A DNA stretch of 64,000 nt from IMG/VR virus record IMGVR_UViG_3300033072_000728, positions 8,554-72,553 of that record; one strand, given 5' to 3'. Origin of the DNA: a virus (lineage: Duplodnaviria; Caudoviricetes). The notes under the pieces were generated by a model that did no database searches, had not been told where the DNA came from, and saw only the letters and a list, made by a program, of their open reading frames with translations. The first letter of the stretch is position 1; each line of letters begins with the position of its first letter. Below, in pieces: positions 57,001 to 63,336 of the stretch. Both the position numbers and the translations under genes were made by a program.

Positions 57001-58400
57001 TCAAAACCAGTTTGTTTTGTTTTAGAAAATGCTTCGTATACAACAAGGTTATTTTCACCAACTAAAGTAATCGAATCGCCAACCCCTTCGACATAATAGT
57101 TTTGAGTCTTGTATTCAACAGGTGTCACATTTCCAGTGAAATATACCTTCAACCCATTAACAAACTTTACTCCATTTTTACTGGTGTATTGTTTTTGTCC
57201 AATAATGGATGATTCAACATCAATTACATCACTTGCACTATCAGAAACGACACTTAGTTTGATTACACAGTTTTCGTTTTGTGCATCACGAATATACAGC
57301 GTGTCTAATGGTGCGCTGATATATGGAACCAATGTCACGATGCCAGTGGTATTCCTGAAGAAATGTTTCCCGTGATATTGTTCACCTGACAAAACAGTAA
57401 TTCGTTTATTAACTGGAATGGTTGAACCATACTGTGACAAATTGATAACAGGATTATCATCGTCCCCACTGAATGAAATTTGATATAGTTTGGTTTGAAT
57501 AGGCTCTGCCGAATTGTAAATCAGAATGGTTTTACCATCACATAGAACAGCATTAACTCCATCAATGGTTTTTACTGACAGAGTAGTTCTATTATGCAAT
57601 TCAGCAAAAGTGCCAGTCCAAACTAGATCACATTCATAGGTGCCTGTTTTGTCATAGTTGTTTTGTTCGTCTGCAAATGGAACATTGAATGTAATAGTGC
57701 CTGACGTAATCCCATTGCTTGAAACACCAAATACTTCACGGGTGTTTACGTTAGGGCGGGATTCATCGTATCCATCGAAGGTGTTTGCGCCTTGAATCCA
57801 TGTACCGCCACTGTCTTGAACTTTGATGGTGTATTGTCCACCCCGTACAACTGGAAATGATGCATTACGATCTGACTGTTGTTCATTATCAATTGAAACA
57901 ATGTAACCCGTTGCAGTGGGCTTGAGTACAATTTCACTCACTGCACTCAATTCAGAGGAACTGATCTCAACTGCTTCGGGGCCATTAGGAAGCCAATAAT
58001 AGCTTGAAAAGTTGACGATTTTATCAATGTCAACAAAAGGCTCCCATGCATAGAATGGTTGCGAAAATAGTGCTGATTCATTGATATCAGAATCATCTTC
58101 AAACCCCAATGAATTCAGCATCCCAGGGTATTGAATAAAGTCTTTTGTAATTTTAGTGTCTGGTTTCTGAACACAAACTGCTGGTGTTAATTGGTAGTTT
58201 TTTCGTTGGTCTGAAATTTCAGAAACAAAATTGTCAGACGAAACAGTGCCTCTCGCATACTTCGCACCAATATACCCATATTGCTTTGAAAGATTAGGAG
58301 AGGAAAACAGTTGGTCAATTGTTGCTGACAAAAACTGACGGTTAGGTTCAGTCTTAAAAATGTCAGGCAGAAAATCAAATGCTTTTTTCGTGGTTGTCAT
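42066..58400 (-). CDS. giant (5444 aa) baseplate wedge/fibre-like virion protein
   Basis: Uninterrupted 16.3-kb ORF next to gp6-like and gp25-like genes; propeller-like and carbohydrate-binding-like motifs. Confidence 0.85.
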   Translation of the reverse strand: MTTTKKAFDFLPDIFKTEPNRQFLSATIDQLFSSPNLSKQYGYIGAKYARGTVSSDNFVSEISDQRKNYQLTPAVCVQKPDTKITKDFIQYPGMLNSLGFEDDSDINESALFSQPFYAWEPFVDIDKIVNFSSYYWLPNGPEAVEISSSELSAVSEIVLKPTATGYIVSIDNEQQSDRNASFPVVRGGQYTIKVQDSGGTWIQGANTFDGYDESRPNVNTREVFGVSSNGITSGTITFNVPFADEQNNYDKTGTYECDLVWTGTFAELHNRTTLSVKTIDGVNAVLCDGKTILIYNSAEPIQTKLYQISFSGDDDNPVINLSQYGSTIPVNKRITVLSGEQYHGKHFFRNTTGIVTLVPYISAPLDTLYIRDAQNENCVIKLSVVSDSASDVIDVESSIIGQKQYTSKNGVKFVNGLKVYFTGNVTPVEYKTQNYYVEGVGDSITLVGENNLVVYEAFSKTKQTGFDAEYYDNSPYDGALTLPVDKDYITINRASDDLNAWSRSNRWFHRSVLEETYKATSSKVSLETLYDLSNRATRPIIEFKANINLYDHGVVGREPVDYFIKSDTKIVINVKTLDVISTRASDDSIRLNSVSGILVDDVIQFGGDTSGTTILADTPYLVNSVDTINNRVTIKHIDSSIVVEMVDATTPLTTLFAQVGTFVLGANLALQTDLNGSLGCYIDVNDSTPFAADNSVFNGCSIISSIDTNSSDRLSVFQVNFSQTTQSGQRVITVSQPFTPIVSGDGFMVKFGELAQKQSFYYSSQYGWQNSQTKTTVNQPPLFDVVDANKISFSNSSYYPANNFRGCTLFEFATDSSNLNDVELGFPLKYNEIMGIGEICFNATFNSDSFTFTPSDSLDSVETQVRQGYVIINKMRHNGWRYGFADTIQYQVFEKTVLKKTASFDIDAVFSSEASGWPVCKLFLNGEFVSPDSYTITRNAAKKRTTITYPLVKGDLIQVKFISSTKSKSSYYEVPSNLSTNAFNVAPSELTMSDMKGHYQTIFENAKLTGSVFGSNDFVNKGDLTKYGSKFIQHAASLVNTGAFLRASPVNIIDSIEHSSVEYEKIKAIIADLATRSDFSNTTHTDEKLDLIFSQITSVKSDSSPFFWSSMMACDTPVVSNQYQVNAEVTNVEYPLQSVVSYSSGETYSGVLVYLYRENTETGIIEKTLLLKDHEYITSPASAIVTITKQLLEGDVIEVNEYSKVYANYVPMTPSKIGIVEHFKPQVFQDSTYLVPTWVMVGHDGSKSRLYGDVIDGEFTDIRDECLFEFEKRVFNQIQTTKTPVLSKLSELMPGYFRTNDSIRQTFFQEYKNHFVNWAGKYRIDFQTQYYSKTNPFTWNYRNSVDKFGNTINQGNWKGIYLWYYDCINPAETPWRMLGYLDKPTWFDERYGVAPYTRTNDLLWTDLENGYDYNNGSPTTRTIYARPGLSSIIPVSNTGALLSPIECVIMRYDINKTQKQWEIGDFGPAEYAYLNSSSFKFDLAKIMVKLRPAKFFAYAFDVDAYHFDSVEVGQWVFSHSQLRELSNQQTIKYGATGEPQRGFICWLIDYAKQYGIDTTTTFKDIVDNLDVRLSHKLAGFSDKSMLKFWVEKSSLNNSGSSLLIPDENYSLILYNNPVQQTITYSSVIVQRTASGFKVWGNSQYEASFKTATGFDNGFYEFITNNDQTIKISQNFTTDKIQSIAYGTEFGSVESVCEFLINYGRLLEASGVVFDSIENGNQITWKTMINEFMIWSQTNWASGAVIQLNPCANRFTIEHPSLIVQPMQIIGKNFVLNQNALPIAVKDLCVHRDNHKFQVEPLNPTDVISFAKFELSSIEHAVVFDNETDFGDIINKNENGVRQQKLIASITKTAEWSGWLDTSGFILNQDNVSEWDQNVQYGAGSIVKYQSNYWTANEIIYPSSEFDFRKWTRTEYGDIQKGLLANSTTRSIESLRYYDSDRTNLENSSDKLAFNLIGYVPRDYMASADLDDITQVNVFKNMIASKGTSNAIDLFKNTKLLRGQIDYSMNENWAIKQAEFGACDQVSELEFSLDKSLFTHSPIVVSLFNKFPEDAADLNINCRDLLITSPNQFKTKETKTEVLKHSGLVTDFDSIAHKLYSLTDNFDWSKVYQYEYIWVAQRFDAAQEWDVFVPVAISNVNQDIEGDIAVNQLSANKATNEVTILFNVSYQSTLSKGDFVLLADVTQDANIPEVTSNVFQVVRTSGLQVKLKALKPISSNTTVQNLNLVCMKLESVKYTSQVKDLTLNPNFLQKARIWIDRFGEPQKVVEKQNRYDTENVSYVPTVKNSENFASAVTHNSTSIFVSDVSLGQVYRYTANGLYVSKLTGLVNSFGSNLLITESGTLFVTDPTNKRVYVYHIHPSAQIVIPEKTQTIQLTYTPSSIAISDDEKWLVIGCEAEGKVVVLSKYQDFTRSLVSTSFSVSPKPGNKQLKLVGDVTSQINAGVLVSFSADEGSKTYPVVSSSFASGVTTVRLLDQLERDFVNLGEIYVAETDYTIQSTISNTIQGFGEVVDISNNGEDIIVGASKWDQDSFHSNVGKVFVYSNIRRLFNVKSSGKFQASIGWTPSAIPLVYLNGVELKKSQFSIISSDQLVVENTVVGDQIEVIGGKISLAQTIVSTNESTVGQRFGQSVCLGAASTDLFIGAPGKPIDATTSGEVQRYIDVARTNKILDVVIVSGNDAFNVVINNVVVQVPSNVSAAQLALLINQAYIQHITALVKDSSTVTISSSGSTLSVKMFAANVEDKYLEYDQYQLYQTLKNPIPYDLDTGFGFNIIDVGNSIVVSAPNSTALKPVEFDWVDDLEFNDCVFDQNATTFIDQVKNIGQVFVYDKVDSDWYQFSQALYDSSITKSDSKFGNTSSATKDQILVGVKNVSTSNGNGLLCQFKSEGLTGWTTIQQETKQIDYSNISSVELVNPETSEVITELDVFDPVAGLLLSQVKSNIDYMCDFDPAGYDNSSIIWGDNQVGQIWVDTSKLRYVNYYSPDLKFASEQWGTTVPNSNVKVSTWVKSLTPPDQYVGQGKPASNYVIGNKVGNSTQYYYFWVENNNSIDFNHSLSDSVVSEYISNPVKSGIPFIAFLNEHSFAVYNLAGLFNTDSVTIRVNFKSNTDSQKFDEYKIIKTSNDDSMSEFFDGIPAKVSETLSGLYLKFIDSISGIDSVGNLVPDSYLPRKQQYGVSFRPRQSMFIDRNAALANIIEFANNVMVQYPLVETRNPTLLFKQGETITNDDTGDASVSFNTTDYWTYTDWWQTGYSQTTKTNVQVKRFENLAKVKNKFDGMIAKVLQNSEGQSEYWLYENDSWERIGLTNGTFKINESLYSKSGYGSDVFGDAFDSFPGEETRYIVRSLIEEILTDDLEFERNNLLQVIFNYANSEAKELGNYIPWLFKTSLIDVVYSAGSLEKLPKYQKDNQTFLEGYINEVKPYHCVIKDFEFKYSGNVVYQSTTTDFDIPAQFNDETQSYISPQIVFSESDISDPYTQKMYTDSMWGNFEYTNWSENYDLKLKNLGWQSISFLVKYIGTKDTELYVDNANGLPVSGTLLIDSEQITYTSVDRVNGIVYGLSRGANDTNITSHAANSEILFSMPAIMVMNSGRGYTSTPKVKLSYPSQTIQPSKPYYCKAYLANGGVVGITVSGQGVGIRSLPVVNIDPAFSVSFTSGYVNLSAKTIRVFTATPFETGDLIKYTTNGLSSINGLVSGQHYWLGVVSSSLNDSTYTQDVALYVWEQDAKNDIHRIDFISVSGTNGFTLSQGAFAICSGKADNVRKLATTLRFDRTSFTSKVSKWESGAYYAGSLENTLKKLGTMASSSSSLFSSVIFDQPTLYPNAPTSGSGLQIKVYATEYGGVNTENYVVTVSNSGTGYKIGDRLLVSGSVLGGANVINDVVISIDDITVIDSETSSGSILAYSYTGIPAKIGTSETVDYSAIVPTNIIGTGSGAVVNVTRYDRNVPPANTYLLDSAWSGGNGYSEGDTFTILGTDLGGLAPDNDATLVISSVVSGTGAVSGMSINGSGKVSLRVSGFAKNSTTAGHISVTGVTQPTTSTQTTKLTVEYNGGLNPAEIDNEKIYFYQLPESFENVTHQVTAFGSGAEFNVYTPVFESNQVKQQYAVELAFDSSGVEQAGSGYRAGQILTILGTDVGGISPENDIQIKVEYTFSGGRIGAFTATGFCNNKVSSYYVSVISDTEIELFKYPSNAGVVSDFEYSLVSSDVLGYVGEFTNYSQSLVTYEGKLYKCLTSNNDAIFDYDNWEAITGGSAGLNATDRIFAYYAPTPGMAGNDLSQLMKGVSYSKPTYLGNPFASDLGLDIKVQSFKFDQIETNLVDCEYDSSSNRLFVIANNGSQSQLLVSTIPQVSWTKTIDLSDSVDIGVTSICKSTEGWLVSSITADSELLSSVMPTTEGSWDRPENSTCSNITQVFEHNGKRFVIGSNISEYENDAWQVAFELDANWIEPSLKTIEWISIVGGFEGYLVTGTAKLLSQADETSFPSDQAVVIVGTIDPESNLTIWQQLDSSLLGQETIFDFTVFANKIVACSSNGYIWTSTHPQIWEKVQIIPNTDLVSIASSGTSCVVVGSEGTMFVSSDLNTWTQITSLTTSNLTKVKYFDSITTWVAIGDDKTILISADGVTWNNETKIINNKSAYSLVGESFEAGYSPEEMVSGIVKESISITVDSTPSGDFGGYHSVYKANGFKKVSFRPSIFENKVSFANQVTCPMLLQVYSENTETNFATLLDTSKYTIDWRNQTITFTTGVFDGMTTIPIVEVFESGGGNQIFKANTLMLPVSIGNEIRVPIQASRVIDCIHPVFRNGVEQVQGTDYELVFTDDGYCKLVFSVAGDPNVDYVAFAIMGKPSADVAEFVTTNVAPQSFTLTHGLKQFFTSTWGQVFLQNLDTEQWVETTEWTVLNGVVTITDTSVVENQNVRIKLKDFGVPEIVTSSSNIITLPNSVAQHASYDSLVVKVDGVETSDFTLTNRTSLTVNAFGTQYKVYLRLYSLAEPHEFVATSGQTTFEFGYSISSDHADNAIVCKNGLRLYSTEYTISSGSLVLSSGCSNGDMVTLTTFDNIKNQQLTTLETMSARVVPILRVIATDSGVSLEVEKTAHTFSVNDIVLIDGFGSNGIGLNGNEYKISSITTSLGDSSLDTITILTNSDVGHVSVDSNGIVTGASGGFMWLNNLFSFENETVINPSRLWVTLNGYRLFEPNIKVYSGNRIGILTEIVTGDHVIITKASARECPDSVKFRTVVDAMANEVTYRVPSSTQTWVYSDVDIDANEIQVFDVTRLVKPSVFEKTYSGNIELPEVNRTQIVGVQVFNRSTGKWISDDALSLKLIQLMPTIMIASSEVSSGDSLVVYAYEGNYVLVNGEMIRFSNINFTTNTISGLTRGTNCTPIREAIAARSLIYGILDSNKLDPSYNSVTWNTAILDNVDNYGFKMSDPLQLLETYPAMFLTNK

Positions 58401-58433
58401 ATTTTGTTTCTTACATTGTGTTTGTTATGTTAT

Positions 58434-58440
58434 TATTTAG
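58434..58440 (-). promoter_or_regulatory. late-promoter-like CTAAATA
   Basis: 34 nt upstream of the giant gene ATG. Confidence 0.55.
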
Positions 58441-58449
58441 GAATCAAAT

Positions 58450-61400
58450 TCAGGTATTTTTGAAGTCTGAGGGTGATAATGTGTCAACAATATCAATATC
58501 AGTAACTTGTGCTGCACTCATGAATATCTCAAATGGCATGGCTCTGATTTCATACAACTCACCAAATCGTTTATTATTTTGAATTGGGACAATAATAGCC
58601 GAACTAATCATGGTTGAAAGTTTGGTATGCAAGTATGCGCTCAATTCCGAGAAGTAAAACGTTTGTCCAAAATCCCATTTTTCAATTGAAAAGAACTCAT
58701 CAATGACTGCAATAACTGCTGACTTTATCTCGCTGTCACTTGCAGTTGACGATTTTAGTTTTGTTACTTTAATCTTTGCTTGAAGGTTTGCTGAGGCTTT
58801 TGTTCCAAATAATGGCTTGAACTTTACCGAGTTCAGAATCAGTTCATCACTAGAAGTTTTATATGTGTTCAATTTAGAAAACTCTGTCATTAACTGATAG
58901 GTAGATGGTTGTGACGGTTCAGCCACTTTGCCAGTTTGATCACGCAACCAGTTTTTGTAATTTTGATAGTAAGTTTTCAGAACAATATAAACATCAATGA
59001 TATTAGATGTTGTTGGGTTTACTCTGACATTTTGATTTGCATAATGCTGATACTGAAATGAGAGAGGTTGGCGACCAATTCTTACACTGTAATCGGTAGT
59101 TTCAGAAACTACAAGTGAGGTAGAAACTGTAGTATCTTGTTCAGCAACATAAAACTTATTTTCTTTGGTTGCATAGTAAATTTGATTTGGTGGATAATCA
59201 TACTTACTTCGCTCGATTTGGATCAAAGTTGCAAACTCTGAAACTACTTCAGCAGTTGCAATCATTTGGGTTCTCGTTAATAACTGCGGATCAGTTGAAG
59301 TTTTCAAGAATACCCATTTCTTTGAAGGAATACCAATCAATTTTGAAAAGAAATCTGGGTCAGTTGTAAACTGCTTATTCTTTGGGTTGATTGCAGAAAC
59401 TTCAATTTGAAAATCATTGGTGTATCCATCAGTTTCAATAGTTTGCCCGACACAAGTTAAAACAATATCTTGGTTCAATGATGCGGTCGGAATATCTGGA
59501 TCGAGGTTTGTTCGTAAAACCTTAATATAATCATTGAGAATTTGTCCAGTATTTCTGTCATAAACAATTTGGTCATTGTTGAACGTAAATCTGGTTTCAT
59601 TAACACTAGAAAACACATACTTTAATGATCTATATTCAACCAAATAACTCCCAGAAGATTGACACGTAAACTTGAAGAACCAGTCGGTGGATGACGTTGC
59701 CACTACTCGCCAGCGTTCTAAACTCAGTGCCAGTGAGTTATTAAACTTCAGTGCAAAGTCACGTTGCAAATTCATTCGTGAAATGATATTTTGAATCAAC
59801 GAAGTCCCGACGGTGTTGTCAAAACTAGGGATGACTTGGGCAACAATGGCACCACTTGGCACATAATCAGAAAGAGTAATCGGCCCTTCACCAGTTGATA
59901 ATAATCCCTGACCATTGTTGTATCCATCTTCAACTACATTAGTAACAGTTGTCCAATAATACAACTTGCCATTTTTGGTATTTGTAATGGTTCCTTGTTG
60001 TAACCGATTGGTATCAACATCAAAATAATATCCTTCAGGTGCAACTATTTTAATCAGTGCATTTTGACCAATGTATTTCAAGTTGTTGTCTGAATAATTG
60101 CCCACGGCCAATGGATTTTTGATAAGATTTTCGTCTGAGCCAATATAATCAAACAGATAACCAGTTGTAAAGTAATTTGACTGTACTGATCCAGTTTTCC
60201 AGTAGATTTTGTTATCAGTGTCAGAACCTTCGGTTAGTGATAGGTCATACCGTGCGGCATTCGCTTGATACCATTGAATGGTTTTAGGTGTTGCCAATAA
60301 TTTCTTCAAATCTTCCGTAAAGAATTTTGCAAGATCGGTTACATCAGAAAATGTGACATTTAAGGTTTCTGTGTCATCTAACTTAAAGATTCCACCGTCA
60401 GTTGCAAACAAAGTATGATTTGAGTATTTGCCAGTTGGATCAAGCAAATCTTTTGATCTTGAGACACCAATAGATGCGCGGTTAATGGCTTTTGTCTTCA
60501 GAATTGAGTTGTATTGTGTGAATGGTAACAAGTTGTAATCTTCACCATTCACCATTCGATTTTGTGAATAGAATTGTGTTGGTGCTCGTTGTTTGATGTC
60601 ATCAATTGATTCTGCTGGCAATGCATTGCTTACTGGCAATTGTAGACTAAGTTGTAGGGTTAATTTTTGCTGAACATCGTTTGCATCGATATAATCGAAA
60701 GAAACTTGCACACCTTGAATTTCATTGATAGCAATTTGGTAACTGTTGCCATTTGAAACACGGTATGCTACACGAAACTTCCCTGAAGGTAGATCACTGA
60801 ATACCCCATCACCAAACCTCAAACTTATTTGGTCATTAGCTCTAGATTTTACACTGAATAGAGTTCGGGTGGTTGAACCTTGGTTTGCAGAGTAAACATT
60901 ATCCACCTTTGTCCATTCTTGTAACGAACTTGAATCAATGGGATCAATTTGAAACAACCAAACGTCAGAATCATTGATATTGTTTTGGTTAATATCAATC
61001 AATTGGTTTTGGGTTTGCTCAGTTATTGAAAAATCTTTTGTGAATAATTGCCCCTGTTTGAAGTAAACAAAGAAACCAGTGTTTGCACTTGCATATCCTA
61101 ACTTGTCATTTCGGTACAAGATATTAAAAGTTGAACTTGGTTTTGGGTTTACTTCTTGAAGGTTATCAGAGTTTACGCTTGAAACAGATACCAATTCAAA
61201 TCGTTGTTTTACTCCCTGAACTTTCGATTCAAACGCTTTGATCGGAAGTGTGGTGGCTGGAAGTTGGATGGCATATTCATCGGTCTTGATGTTAAGAATA
61301 GTTTTTGAATTTCCTGGTTTACCAAACTTCTGACTAGAAACAAGTGAAGCATTCACGATTGAACAAAATTGTTCAAACCAGTTTTGGTTGGCTGGATCAT

Positions 61401-61830
61401 TCCAAATGATGGTTTGACCATTTAGATTATACCCATTCAAATCAAACACGTCTTCGGTTGTGCGAATACTTGAAATTTTAAGAACACCTTGCGCACATTG
61501 GTTTCGTTTTGGAGTGTAATTAACCAATGACGCCAATTTGATTACACTGTCTCTCTTTTCTGCAAGTTCAATGAAGTTCTCGCGGGTGTTTAGATCATGA
61601 CGGAAAGCCAATGATTGGCCCATGAATGCAATGACATTAAGCAATGCCATGTATTCTGACCCTTGAGTGTAATCATTGAAATTTTCAGGGTAGTATGTTT
61701 TTAGATATTCAATAAAGCTCTTTTTAAGGGTTTCTGCATCATATGATGAGAAATCAGCTTGACTGAAAGTTTTATAGATTTTTTGCCAATCATTTGTACC
61801 AAATACATTGGCGTTAGGAGTGGTTGCCAT
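58450..61830 (-). CDS. baseplate wedge subunit (T4 gp6/baseplate-J-like)
   Basis: 1126 aa; SEYMALLNVIAF...RENFIELA; ESIDDIKQRAP...QNRMVNGEDY. Confidence 0.85.
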   Translation of the reverse strand: MATTPNANVFGTNDWQKIYKTFSQADFSSYDAETLKKSFIEYLKTYYPENFNDYTQGSEYMALLNVIAFMGQSLAFRHDLNTRENFIELAEKRDSVIKLASLVNYTPKRNQCAQGVLKISSIRTTEDVFDLNGYNLNGQTIIWNDPANQNWFEQFCSIVNASLVSSQKFGKPGNSKTILNIKTDEYAIQLPATTLPIKAFESKVQGVKQRFELVSVSSVNSDNLQEVNPKPSSTFNILYRNDKLGYASANTGFFVYFKQGQLFTKDFSITEQTQNQLIDINQNNINDSDVWLFQIDPIDSSSLQEWTKVDNVYSANQGSTTRTLFSVKSRANDQISLRFGDGVFSDLPSGKFRVAYRVSNGNSYQIAINEIQGVQVSFDYIDANDVQQKLTLQLSLQLPVSNALPAESIDDIKQRAPTQFYSQNRMVNGEDYNLLPFTQYNSILKTKAINRASIGVSRSKDLLDPTGKYSNHTLFATDGGIFKLDDTETLNVTFSDVTDLAKFFTEDLKKLLATPKTIQWYQANAARYDLSLTEGSDTDNKIYWKTGSVQSNYFTTGYLFDYIGSDENLIKNPLAVGNYSDNNLKYIGQNALIKIVAPEGYYFDVDTNRLQQGTITNTKNGKLYYWTTVTNVVEDGYNNGQGLLSTGEGPITLSDYVPSGAIVAQVIPSFDNTVGTSLIQNIISRMNLQRDFALKFNNSLALSLERWRVVATSSTDWFFKFTCQSSGSYLVEYRSLKYVFSSVNETRFTFNNDQIVYDRNTGQILNDYIKVLRTNLDPDIPTASLNQDIVLTCVGQTIETDGYTNDFQIEVSAINPKNKQFTTDPDFFSKLIGIPSKKWVFLKTSTDPQLLTRTQMIATAEVVSEFATLIQIERSKYDYPPNQIYYATKENKFYVAEQDTTVSTSLVVSETTDYSVRIGRQPLSFQYQHYANQNVRVNPTTSNIIDVYIVLKTYYQNYKNWLRDQTGKVAEPSQPSTYQLMTEFSKLNTYKTSSDELILNSVKFKPLFGTKASANLQAKIKVTKLKSSTASDSEIKSAVIAVIDEFFSIEKWDFGQTFYFSELSAYLHTKLSTMISSAIIVPIQNNKRFGELYEIRAMPFEIFMSAAQVTDIDIVDTLSPSDFKNT

Positions 61831-61834
61831 TTAA

Positions 61835-62248
61835 TTATTGTCCTATGGTGGTAACGGTTGCTGTATTGATTCTTGAATCAAATAGCACTGAAAAATTAAC
61901 CACTTTGTTTGTTGGTTTTACTGCGACTTCAATATCCACATAAACGGTGTGTTCAGATGAAAACAGTTTAATGGTTCCAATCGTTATCCGAGTGTCTTGA
62001 GACAGAATTCTTCGTATTTCATTATCAATCTTTAATCTAGTTTCTTCAGTATTCGGGTCAAAGATATAATCCCATATTGAAGTTCCGATTGTGGGATCAC
62101 CTGGAATAACTCCGATAGGTATGTTTAATTGGTTGATGACATCTTCAACGATTAGATTCACGTCAGTTAATGTGAATCCTAACTTATTAAGTTTACTGCA
62201 TCGTGTCTTTGAAGAAAAACCAATATGAATGGGTTTTTGTGGTTTCAT
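61835..62248 (-). CDS. baseplate wedge subunit (gp25-like)
   Basis: 137 aa; PGDPTIGTSIWDYIFDP...DTRI. Confidence 0.85.
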   Translation of the reverse strand: MKPQKPIHIGFSSKTRCSKLNKLGFTLTDVNLIVEDVINQLNIPIGVIPGDPTIGTSIWDYIFDPNTEETRLKIDNEIRRILSQDTRITIGTIKLFSSEHTVYVDIEVAVKPTNKVVNFSVLFDSRINTATVTTIGQ

Positions 62249-63336
62249 TGTAATGGTGGAATTCTTGAATCACCTGCGGCACTTAAAAGTGCGGTGGATT
62301 GTTGTACTTGTTTGTTTAATCCTGGCATGTTTATTTCTGGAGGATTGGCAAGAACACTGGCAGCTTGGGATGCGATGGCACTTGCTTTATTTTGAATATC
62401 TGAAAACTGACCCATGATCTGCGCTTGTTTAGCAGATGCTTGTCCTTCAAGTGATGCGATTTTGTCCGATGCCAGTGATTCAAGTTTTTCAGTGGTTGGC
62501 ATGAATTTTGAAGGATTGTCGAGTGCTTCTTTCAAAGTGTCGAGTGAACCTGTGGGAAGTGCTTTTCTTGCTTCAGCCGTTAAACTATCTTGTGCAAGTT
62601 GAGTCAAATCTTGTGGATTTTTTAATCCTGCTATTAGATTGTCTGGAATTCTTGCAAGTGCTGCGTTGATTTCAGCTTGAATATCAGGTAAGCCCAGGTT
62701 TTCAAGATTGATACCATTTTTTGCAATTGACATAACTTGATCCAATCGTTCCCCTGTAATTGATTGGATTCTGGTTAATGATTGAATTCCATTTGCAGCA
62801 AATTTAGAAGCAAGGGTCGCAGCAGATACCCCAGCGGCCATTACACCTAAAATAACTGGTGCTGATTTAATACTTGCAGTTGTAGTTTGTTTTGATAATG
62901 GGGAAGTGCTAGCTTGTATTACTTCTGCACTCTTAGAAACTGTTTCCGTTAAAGCGTGTTTTTGTGAATTGTTAGAAGCAGTGAATGTTTTTACGTTTCC
63001 TGATTTCCACACATGATCTGGACATGCCTTAGAAAGTGGTAAACCTTTCTTTAAGTTTCTTTCAACTTGTTTGTCCATCCCTGGCTTCAGTCCATTTTTA
63101 ACCTCAGTCAATTGTTCAGGCGTTAATCCGTATTTTCCAATGGTTGCAAGTTTCTTACCTTTACCCGTTGTTAATACTCCACCCGATTTGAAACCGTTTG
63201 TTCGGATTGCCGTATTAGCGTGAAGTATTTTTTGATGTTGCGCCATGATGCACTTTGCAGATATAGAAGTTAACCCAGAAGAAACAGGTTGTTCTATATC
63301 GGTGTTAATCATGTGATGTAGTTTAATGGGTTTCAT
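62245..63336 (-). CDS. baseplate hub-associated structural protein
   Basis: 363 aa; IGKYGLTPEQL; A/S-rich helical tail. Confidence 0.6.
   Translation of the reverse strand: MKPIKLHHMINTDIEQPVSSGLTSISAKCIMAQHQKILHANTAIRTNGFKSGGVLTTGKGKKLATIGKYGLTPEQLTEVKNGLKPGMDKQVERNLKKGLPLSKACPDHVWKSGNVKTFTASNNSQKHALTETVSKSAEVIQASTSPLSKQTTTASIKSAPVILGVMAAGVSAATLASKFAANGIQSLTRIQSITGERLDQVMSIAKNGINLENLGLPDIQAEINAALARIPDNLIAGLKNPQDLTQLAQDSLTAEARKALPTGSLDTLKEALDNPSKFMPTTEKLESLASDKIASLEGQASAKQAQIMGQFSDIQNKASAIASQAASVLANPPEINMPGLNKQVQQSTALLSAAGDSRIPPLQ

Noticed and set aside
44336-58378. Short same-strand ORFs nested in the 5444-aa gene
   Set aside because: They are alternative-frame artefacts of a long AT-rich CDS.
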